From: an uncultured cyanobacterium
Lineage (GTDB): Bacteria; Cyanobacteriota; Cyanobacteriia; Cyanobacteriales; FACHB-T130
DNA: 19,208 bases
Assembly (NCBI GenBank): GCA_936920195.1
Contig: CAKZHE010000145.1
Span: 1-19,208 of the forward strand
Direction: 5' to 3'
Numbering within the stretch: position 1 is the stretch's first letter; the number at the start of each line of letters is the position of its first letter. The notes under the pieces are model-generated. The model searched no databases. It was not told the DNA's origin and worked only from the letters and a program-made list of their open reading frames with translations. A program made the translations under genes and the position numbers. This document shows, in pieces, positions 1 to 6,409 of the stretch.

Positions 1-254
1 GTGTCGAACCCCCTAGTTTAACCGCGCTTACATCCCCGCCCACAAGGGGACGGGGTTTTACGCACGATCAATAAAAACAGATCGCTTAATAAAACTCATT
101 ATTTCAGCATAAATAGCAATCAAATTCTCAGATAGAAGCAAAGTATTGCAAATATCTCCAAACAAGTCTTGCGAAAGAGGGCATCATCTCGAAAAGTTAG
201 TAATAATCAAGGTATGAAATCAAATTTTTAGAAATTTAATAGGAGAGTGGCGTT

Positions 255-407
255 ATGGGTATCTCCAAACTGTTTGGCAGAATGACCAAGTATATTTCCG
301 AAGCAGTAGCGCGGATATTTGGTCCTAACGATGATTCCTATCCAGCAACTGGCGTGCAACCTTTTGAAGGCGTGCCTTTTGAAGCGGGAAAGAATTCTGA
401 TTGGTAA
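255..407 (+). CDS. small hypothetical protein, 50 aa (MGISKLFGRMTKYISEAVARIFGPNDDSYPATGVQPFEGVPFEAGKNSDW). It is absent from the supplied ORF track.
   Basis: Hand translation. ATG at 255-257 is preceded by AGGAGA (243-248) at canonical SD spacing. The frame is open to TAA at 405-407. It is in a different frame from track ORF 319..519. Confidence 0.35.
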   Translation: MGISKLFGRMTKYISEAVARIFGPNDDSYPATGVQPFEGVPFEAGKNSDW

Positions 408-504
408 TGACTATACACAAAAGTTTGTAGTTGGGCTTCAGCCCAACTACAAATTAGGGCTATTGACTTTAACGGTACGTGGAGGGGCGGGTTTATTTAG
501 TATT

Positions 505-588
505 AGTAGGGTGCGTTAGCGATAGCGATAGCGTAACGCACCGTTAACTGGTAGGCGGTGCGTTACGCTGCGGCTAACACACCCTACT
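505..588. repeat. nested palindromic element (hairpin within hairpin): possible small structured RNA or MITE-like repeat
   Basis: Outer stem agtagggtgcgttagc (505-520) pairs with gctaacacaccctact (573-588): 16 bp with 1 mismatch. Inner perfect 12-bp stem gcgtaacgcacc (531-542) pairs with ggtgcgttacgc (558-569). A GCGATA x2 tandem sits between them (519-530). Confidence 0.5.
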
Positions 589-594
589 GGATAA

Positions 595-630
595 AATATG
601 GGGAAGAGTTGTCTTAACTCTCCCCCATAT
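595..630 (-). terminator. probable intrinsic terminator hairpin for the 637..1374 minus-strand gene
   Basis: atatggggaagagtt (595-609) pairs with aactctcccccatat (616-630): 15-bp stem with 1 mismatch and a 6-nt loop. It lies directly 3' of the minus-strand stop at 637-639. On the minus strand it is followed by TTTTAT. Confidence 0.45.
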
Positions 631-636
631 TAGTTT

Positions 637-1374
637 TTAACCCAGAATCGTAGTAGTTAACCAAAAACTCAAAGCCGCACTACCGAGGGGAACAGTCAAA
701 TTATCAATCCCTAGCTTAGAAAATAATTCTACAATAGTGGCAAATAGGGCGACGGCAAGGGAAATTAACCAAATTTGCCAAAAATAGCCTAAACCGAAAA
801 ACAAGACCAAACAACTAACCGCGAAGCTAGCTACAAACATCGTCAAAGAACCTTCCCAACTTTTCTGGATTCCCCAAACCGTGTAGGGATGCTTGCCAAA
901 TTTTTGTCCAATTAGGGCAGCTAACCCATCCCCCCAAGCCATAATTAAAATTCCTAATGCTGCCTGCCAAGGTTGCTCCAGAGGCCAAAACCAGGCTACC
1001 AAAGATCCAATACTAATCGCATAAAAAAAAGTTCCTAGGCTTTTGCGCCCAACGCTATTAATTCCGGGCAGGAAGGGAAATTTATAGGATAAAAGGGCAA
1101 CTATCCCGGCTAAAATTGCAGCAGCGATGATGACGACAGCGGGAATTCCCAGCCACCAAGCGAGTAAAATTACATTGCCAGAACCGATATGAACTAACTT
1201 GCGGGCATTCTCGGAATTGATAACTTGGTAGCGGTGCAAGCCTTCTGCGGTTAACACAACTGCTGCCAGCCAAAAACCCACCATGGCGCTTTGCACCCAA
1301 GGATTAGAAAGGGATGAGAACCAAGATTCAGAAATGAGCAAGAGGTTGGCGGGGAAAAATATTTGATTAAACAC
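637..1374 (-). CDS. polytopic membrane protein of the CTP-dependent polyprenol/phytol kinase (VTE5 / dolichol kinase / CdsA-like) family
   Basis: 245-aa ORF. It is highly hydrophobic with multiple predicted TM helices. The C-terminal motif MAWGDGLAALIGQKFGKH is characteristic of the phytol kinase / dolichol kinase / cytidylyltransferase superfamily. The terminator hairpin lies downstream. Confidence 0.55.
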   Translation of the reverse strand: MFNQIFFPANLLLISESWFSSLSNPWVQSAMVGFWLAAVVLTAEGLHRYQVINSENARKLVHIGSGNVILLAWWLGIPAVVIIAAAILAGIVALLSYKFPFLPGINSVGRKSLGTFFYAISIGSLVAWFWPLEQPWQAALGILIMAWGDGLAALIGQKFGKHPYTVWGIQKSWEGSLTMFVASFAVSCLVLFFGLGYFWQIWLISLAVALFATIVELFSKLGIDNLTVPLGSAALSFWLTTTILG

Positions 1375-1383
1375 TTGATTTAG

Positions 1384-1632
1384 ATGGTGGAAAGAGTGAA
1401 AAGTTTATTAATTTTACTAATTCGCGGTTATCGGTTGATAATTTCGCCTTTATTTCCGCCAGTCTGTCGGTTTCATCCGACTTGCTCCCAATATGCCATA
1501 GAAGCGATCGCTCGTTTTGGCAGTTGGCGGGGGAGTTGGCTGGCAATCCGCAGAATTTCCCGCTGTCATCCTTTGAATCCTGGGGGTTACGATCCTGTAC
1601 CTTTAAGGGAAGAGGAAACAGGGAATAAATAG
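1384..1632 (+). CDS. yidD: membrane protein insertion efficiency factor YidD
   Basis: 82-aa ORF. Hallmark YidD motifs are present: [39 protein letters not shown]. Confidence 0.88.
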   Translation: MVERVKSLLILLIRGYRLIISPLFPPVCRFHPTCSQYAIEAIARFGSWRGSWLAIRRISRCHPLNPGGYDPVPLREEETGNK

Positions 1633-1931
1633 ATAGGGCTTGCTGAAAAAGCTAAGAAAACCGGAGCCAAATATAACTTGCTAGAATATTCAGCGGCTTG
1701 GGATGCGATCGCCATTTCGCGCCGGGGGAAATCTACTTGCTTATGGAATTGCGATCGCCAATCTCTCTCACCACCCCATATTCCTACAATTTAGCAAATT
1801 ATTGTATAATAAGATTTTACTACAAAATATTTTATCTTTCTTAATAAAAATATAAACGACCTTTTGTGTTTTTAGCTTTTTTATCTTTTATAATAAAGAC
1901 ATAGATTTAAAAAAAATAATGAAGGTAACTT

Positions 1932-2384
1932 ATGGATCCCCTAACTACGGCGGTAACTACCCTACTTTTTAAAGCATTTGAGAAGGGTGGTGAAAAGCTA
2001 GGAGAAGCTGTATCAGCTAAGGTTGGTCAACTGCTAAATATAATTCAGGAGAAATTCAAAGCAGAGCGTATTGAAGGAAAACTCATAAACGCTCAAAAAG
2101 ATCCTTCTGAAGATAATAAAAGCAGATTAGCTCAGGAATTAGCATATCAAATGAAAAATGATGAAGCATTTACCAAAAAAATAAAGGAGTTAGTAGAAGA
2201 GAATTCAGATCAGCATACTCATCATACTCAAAAAATCCTTGCAAACATTGATGTAAAAGGCGACATTGAAGTTGATGGTGGTATAAAGCAAACTGTACCA
2301 TCAGGTGGTTCATCTCAGCAGGAAGCCATCACTAATTCTACGGTTGGTGGTAGTATAAAAGTCGGTAATATAATACAGGATTAA
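1932..2384 (+). CDS. hypothetical protein (150 aa): helical, Lys/Glu-rich N-terminal part and a C-terminal G/I/V beta-repeat (GDIEVDGGIKQT...GGSIKVGNIIQD)
   Basis: ORF track. An AT-rich promoter-like region lies upstream with TATAAT at 1889-1894 and GAAGG 8 nt before the ATG. The gene sits inside the low-GC island (the 2101-2160 line has 18/60 G+C, versus 34/60 at 5521-5580). Confidence 0.6.
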   Translation: MDPLTTAVTTLLFKAFEKGGEKLGEAVSAKVGQLLNIIQEKFKAERIEGKLINAQKDPSEDNKSRLAQELAYQMKNDEAFTKKIKELVEENSDQHTHHTQKILANIDVKGDIEVDGGIKQTVPSGGSSQQEAITNSTVGGSIKVGNIIQD

Positions 2385-2396
2385 TCCAGGGTAAAC

Positions 2397-2445
2397 GCAT
2401 CTGAACAATCATCGGCAAAGTTTCCTAGTTGGATTGTTCAGATGC
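2397..2445 (+). promoter_or_regulatory. perfect 14-bp-stem hairpin between the two island genes (attenuator, processing or regulatory structure)
   Basis: gcatctgaacaatc (2397-2410) pairs with gattgttcagatgc (2432-2445) around a 21-nt loop. No U-tract follows. TATAAT at 2451-2456 and GAGGA at 2477-2481 precede the ATG at 2491. Confidence 0.4.
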
Positions 2446-2490
2446 AACAATATAATTGTGAAGTAAATTTTACTATGAGGACTAATCAAA

Positions 2491-3978
2491 ATGAACGATC
2501 AACCAGAAAAGATTTCTACTCCGACAAATCAAGAAGCGGTGAAAAACCTTACTGCTGGTAGAGACATTACAATTGGAAATATTACTCAAAAAGCTGGGGA
2601 CCATATAGTTAAAATCATCAAAAAACCAGTTAGTATTGCTGTTGGTATTTTTACCGCAATAGTTGGTACAGTTGGTATTATTTTCGCAGGTCGCAATACA
2701 AATAATTCCATAATCACTTATGGAAATGTTACAGATTCTACTATTGCTAATGAAGTAACTATTTATACAGGTGATTCTCCAGAAGTTAAGAAAAAGAAGA
2801 TAGAACAAGCTAAAAACATAATTGCTGTGGAGATATTCACAAATATCCACAACATAGATGCCAGACTGGGTTTAGTTGAAACTGCGCTAAAAGATGATAA
2901 CTTTGAGCAAAATCTACGGGATGTCCGTAACAAAGTTGCACCTTCTCTCAATGAAATCTTTGATTCAGGGTATGGCGTATTGATAAATCAGCAAACAATT
3001 TCATCTCTTCGAGCAGGATTTAATGGTCTTCCCTTAAATGAAGTGCGATCGCCATTGATTCAGGTATTAATTGATGGCAATGCAGATGCTAAAACAGTTC
3101 AAGCATTTTCCAGCAGTTTAACAGAAGTTCAATATGTGTCAGAATCCTTATTTAATGATTTATCGACGACACAGGAAACGTCTACAAAAATGGCACAATC
3201 TTCCAAAAAATTAAGCATAGCAGCCTATAATAAAAAGTCAATAAAGCTTGATGTAGCGCGATTGAAAAATCGTTCTCAAATTGCGTATCTTCGTGGTTTA
3301 ATAGTGCTAGATAGTCTAAAAATTACATTATCTAATGCCCAAGAGAGTCTTAGTTCTCTTAAGCATCTTGAGCCACGTCAACTTGTTACTAAAGAAGAAG
3401 CCATTCAACTGTTAACAACGAAAGTTAAAGAAGGAGAACGTATTCTAGCAGAAAGGACTATACTCTTGGCAGAAATAAAGAATTTACGGGACGCAGCATT
3501 AGATGAATATGCAAAACTTGAAGCGGCAGTAATCCAACCTTCTGATCCTTGGAATGTCGTTAGTGGTAAAGCCATTGCTTTACGCCAGCTAGGACGAACT
3601 ACTGAGTCTGTAGCAGCATTCTCCCGTTATGCTGATATGTTCTCTGAAAAAGATTCAACCGCAAAACAATATTCGCGAACTGCTCAACAATTTACAACTC
3701 AACTTCATAGTCTTCATGTTGACGGTGGCGTATATATATATGAGGTTGTACAAGGTGGAGTTGCCGAAAGTAATGGCATCAAAGTTGGTGATATTATTAT
3801 TCAATATGGAGATAAAGCGATTGCCAATATGCCTGATATTGTGATGGCTCTACATGATCATTCCATAGGAAATTCCATTCCAATAACATATTTGCGGATG
3901 AGTAGTGCTGGGGTATTTCAACGTCAAACAGTATCGGTTAATTCTGCTGCCATTGGTGCGTCAATGATGCCTATCTAA
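2491..3978 (+). CDS. single-pass membrane protein with a C-terminal PDZ domain. The N-terminal cytoplasmic part has a short G/I/V beta-repeat. The central part is long, helical, coiled-coil/TPR-like.
   Basis: 495-aa ORF. Predicted TM helix PVSIAVGIFTAIVGTVGIIFAG (aa ~46-67). The HtrA-type PDZ signature is GGVYIYEVVQGGVAESNGIKVGDIIIQYGDKAIANMPDIVMAL...IPITYLR. The N-terminus AGRDITIGNITQKAGDHIVKII resembles the C-terminus of the upstream ORF. Confidence 0.7.
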   Translation: MNDQPEKISTPTNQEAVKNLTAGRDITIGNITQKAGDHIVKIIKKPVSIAVGIFTAIVGTVGIIFAGRNTNNSIITYGNVTDSTIANEVTIYTGDSPEVKKKKIEQAKNIIAVEIFTNIHNIDARLGLVETALKDDNFEQNLRDVRNKVAPSLNEIFDSGYGVLINQQTISSLRAGFNGLPLNEVRSPLIQVLIDGNADAKTVQAFSSSLTEVQYVSESLFNDLSTTQETSTKMAQSSKKLSIAAYNKKSIKLDVARLKNRSQIAYLRGLIVLDSLKITLSNAQESLSSLKHLEPRQLVTKEEAIQLLTTKVKEGERILAERTILLAEIKNLRDAALDEYAKLEAAVIQPSDPWNVVSGKAIALRQLGRTTESVAAFSRYADMFSEKDSTAKQYSRTAQQFTTQLHSLHVDGGVYIYEVVQGGVAESNGIKVGDIIIQYGDKAIANMPDIVMALHDHSIGNSIPITYLRMSSAGVFQRQTVSVNSAAIGASMMPI

Positions 3979-3993
3979 ATCATAGAAAATACA

Positions 3994-4036
3994 AGGTGTT
4001 TTTTATGCTATAATTAGGGCTGGCTGAAAAACACCT
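3994..4036 (+). terminator. possible terminator or stem-loop downstream of the island
   Basis: aggtgttttt (3994-4003) pairs with aaaaacacct (4027-4036): perfect 10-bp stem with a ~23-nt loop. The 5' arm ends in a T-run. Confidence 0.25.
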
Positions 4037-4150
4037 GAAAGCCAACCTAGATGCCACACAGCGTGAAAAATAGTGGCTTCGGGGGTTAATTCCCAAATTT
4101 ACCCAGCAATTTCCCAGCAATGTGCAAGGGTTTTGAGGCTATAGATAATT

Positions 4151-4879
4151 TTGAATTTTGAATTGATAACAATGAAGCCATATCAACAAGTTCCCATTGA
4201 AGAATGCCAAGAAGCCTTAGTAGCAATTCCTCTGGAAAAATTTGCCGTTGAGTCGCCCCATCCCTACGAAAAACTGGGTGCGCCCTACGGAGAGAAATCG
4301 CCCTATTATCTCCGTCAAAGCGTCCTCGCGGCTCTTGAGCAAGCTCAAGATAATTTAGCAGAATATCGTCCCGGCTGGCGAATTCAAATTTTTGATGCCT
4401 ATCGCCCGATTGCCGTCCAACAATTTATGGTTGATTATACTTTTAATCAACTTGTCCAGGCTCAGGGACTGAAAATAGCCGAATTAAGTACCCCTCAGCA
4501 ACAAGAGATTCTAGAACAGGTTTATCAATTTTGGGCAGTTCCCAGCCACAACCCTGCTACCCCACCCCCCCACAGTACCGGGGCTGCCATTGATATTACC
4601 TTAGTCGATGGGACAGGCCAACCAGTAGATATGGGTTCAGCGATTGATGAAATTTCGCCCCAATCCCATCCCCACTACTTCGATCAAAAAACTCTGCCCA
4701 AAGAACTGGAATATCGCGATCGCCGTCATCTATTGTGGAAAGTGATGCACTTGGCAGGATTTCAGCGCCACCCCAATGAATGGTGGCATTTTTCCCTGGG
4801 CGATCAAATGTGGGCGTGGCTGTGCCAAAGGGAAAACCCAGCATTTGCAACTGTAGCTCGCTACGGTCGAGTAAAATAG
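4151..4879 (+). CDS. ddpX: D-alanyl-D-alanine dipeptidase (VanX/DdpX, peptidase M15D)
   Basis: 242-aa ORF. VanX family motifs are present: FDAYRP, the zinc-ligand motif HSTGAAIDITLVD, and EWWHFS. The true start may be the internal Met at 4172 (MKPYQQ). Confidence 0.85.
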   Translation: MNFELITMKPYQQVPIEECQEALVAIPLEKFAVESPHPYEKLGAPYGEKSPYYLRQSVLAALEQAQDNLAEYRPGWRIQIFDAYRPIAVQQFMVDYTFNQLVQAQGLKIAELSTPQQQEILEQVYQFWAVPSHNPATPPPHSTGAAIDITLVDGTGQPVDMGSAIDEISPQSHPHYFDQKTLPKELEYRDRRHLLWKVMHLAGFQRHPNEWWHFSLGDQMWAWLCQRENPAFATVARYGRVK

Positions 4880-4912
4880 CTGGATAACTTCAGTGAAATT
4901 AATTTACCCATC

Positions 4913-5281
4913 GTGGCAGCATCCATGCGCGTTTACATCTTGCTATTCAATGCCCGGAAAGAAAACGAAGGTATTCATACCATCCGGATTGGCGATCGCA
5001 ACCGAGTGCTAATGTTCGAGTCAGAAGACGATGCGACTCGTTTTGGTTTAATGTTGGAAGCTCAGGATTTTCCCTGTCCTGAAGTCGAACCAATTGATGC
5101 CGACGAAGTGCGGGAATTTTGCCAAAGTGCTGATTATGAGTGGCAACTTGTGCCAGAAGGCGCTTTAGAGCTACCGCCAGAAACCAATCTGGAAGTAACT
5201 GACTGGCAACCAGAGGTCAAAAAACCAGATTTATCTGATGACCTGGACGACATTCGCCGCCAACTGGAACGATTATTGTAG
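4913..5281 (+). CDS. DUF3110-family protein (conserved in cyanobacteria and plastids)
   Basis: 122-aa ORF. MRVYILLFNARKENEGIHTI matches the DUF3110 N-terminal signature, and the C-terminus is acidic. The probable true start is the Met at 4925. Confidence 0.65.
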   Translation: MAASMRVYILLFNARKENEGIHTIRIGDRNRVLMFESEDDATRFGLMLEAQDFPCPEVEPIDADEVREFCQSADYEWQLVPEGALELPPETNLEVTDWQPEVKKPDLSDDLDDIRRQLERLL

Positions 5282-5298
5282 TACCGAAAAATATAGGC

Positions 5299-6213
5299 AT
5301 GGCAAATCTGGAAGAACGGGGGCATTTGCTGACAGAGCAGATTAATCCCAACAGTCAAAATTTAGATCAACTAACGTCTTTGGAATTAGTCGATCTGTTT
5401 AATCGGGAAGATGCTCAAACTCTAGCAGCGATCGCATCTGCCCGCCATCAGTTAGCCCAAGCCATTGACTTGATTGCCGAGGCACTGCGGCACGGGGGCA
5501 GATTATTTTACATCGGAGCGGGGACTAGCGGACGTTTAGGCGTGTTAGATGCGGCAGAATGTCCGCCGACGTTCTGTTCGCCCCCGGAACTGGTACAGGG
5601 GATTATCGCTGGGGGAGCGGCAGCGCTATTACGCAGTTCCGAAGAGTTGGAAGATAAAGCTGAAGATGGAGCCGCTGCGATCGCCCAAAGGCATATTACC
5701 CAATTAGATGTCGTTGTGGGCATTACTGCTGGGGGAACTACTCCCTATGTCTTGGGAGCCATCCAAGCTGCCCAACAACGGGGAGCCGCTACAGTTTACA
5801 TTGCCTGCGTTCCCGCCGATCAAGTTGCCATCGAAACCGACATTGATATCCGGCTGCTGGTTGGTCCGGAAGTAGTCGCCGGATCGACTCGTCTAAAAGC
5901 CGGAACTGTGACTAAAATGGCTTTGAATATCCTTTCCACCGGGGTCATGGTCAAGTTAGGCAAAGTCTACGGCAATCGGATGGTGGATGTAGCGGTGACA
6001 AATAAAAAGCTTCACGACCGGGCTTTAAGGATGTTACAAGATTTGACCAATCTCAGTCGAGAAGAAGCTGCTTATTTGCTCGAACAAAGCGGCAGATCGG
6101 TAAAATTAGCCTTATTAATGCACTGGACAGGTTTAGGCAAAGAAGAAAGCGATCGCCTACTGACCAAATATCAAGGTAATCTCAGATCTGCTGCCCTAAG
6201 TTATCAAAAATGA
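5299..6213 (+). CDS. murQ: N-acetylmuramic acid 6-phosphate etherase
   Basis: 304-aa ORF. SIS-domain signature RLFYIGAGTSGRLGVLDAAECPPTF. The catalytic-region motifs GSTRLKAGTVTKMALN and LKLALLM are typical of MurQ. Confidence 0.9.
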   Translation: MANLEERGHLLTEQINPNSQNLDQLTSLELVDLFNREDAQTLAAIASARHQLAQAIDLIAEALRHGGRLFYIGAGTSGRLGVLDAAECPPTFCSPPELVQGIIAGGAAALLRSSEELEDKAEDGAAAIAQRHITQLDVVVGITAGGTTPYVLGAIQAAQQRGAATVYIACVPADQVAIETDIDIRLLVGPEVVAGSTRLKAGTVTKMALNILSTGVMVKLGKVYGNRMVDVAVTNKKLHDRALRMLQDLTNLSREEAAYLLEQSGRSVKLALLMHWTGLGKEESDRLLTKYQGNLRSAALSYQK

Positions 6214-6259
6214 AGGTTTGTAAAACTTGAGCCAACCCAATTAGCACCCACAAAAAACT

Positions 6260-6402
6260 CCCTATCTTCCCTATCTTCCCTATCTTCCCTATCTTCCCTA
6301 TCTTCCCTATTCCCCATTCCCTATCTTCCCTGTTCCCTGTTCCCTGTTCCCCGTTCCCTGTTCCCTCTTCCCTGTTCCCTGTTCCCTATTCCTATTCCCT
6401 AT
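6260..6402. repeat. heptanucleotide tandem repeat array (TTCCCTA / TTCCCTG variants; STRR-like), ~20 units
   Basis: Direct reading: ccctatcttccctatcttcc...ccctgttccctgttcc...ccctattcctattccctatt. It lies immediately upstream of the ATG at 6410. The plus strand is polypyrimidine. Confidence 0.9.
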
Positions 6403-6409
6403 TAAAAAA

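Noticed and set aside
1-60. Possible 3' part of a tRNA on the minus strand (GGTTCGA T-loop-like motif in the reverse complement of 1-13)
   Set aside because: I could not fold the adjacent 45 nt into an anticodon or variable arm. The acceptor end would lie outside the window.
319-519. Track ORF of 66 aa
   Set aside because: It has no SD. It is out of frame with the SD-preceded sORF at 255-407 and runs into the palindromic element at 505-588. It is probably spurious.
1932-3978. Island as a known anti-phage defence system
   Set aside because: No nuclease, ATPase, TIR, SIR2, cyclase or other defence-associated domain is recognisable. I see only TM, coiled-coil and PDZ elements.
6260-6402. CRISPR array
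   Set aside because: The units are 7 nt with no spacers. This is a simple STRR-type tandem repeat.
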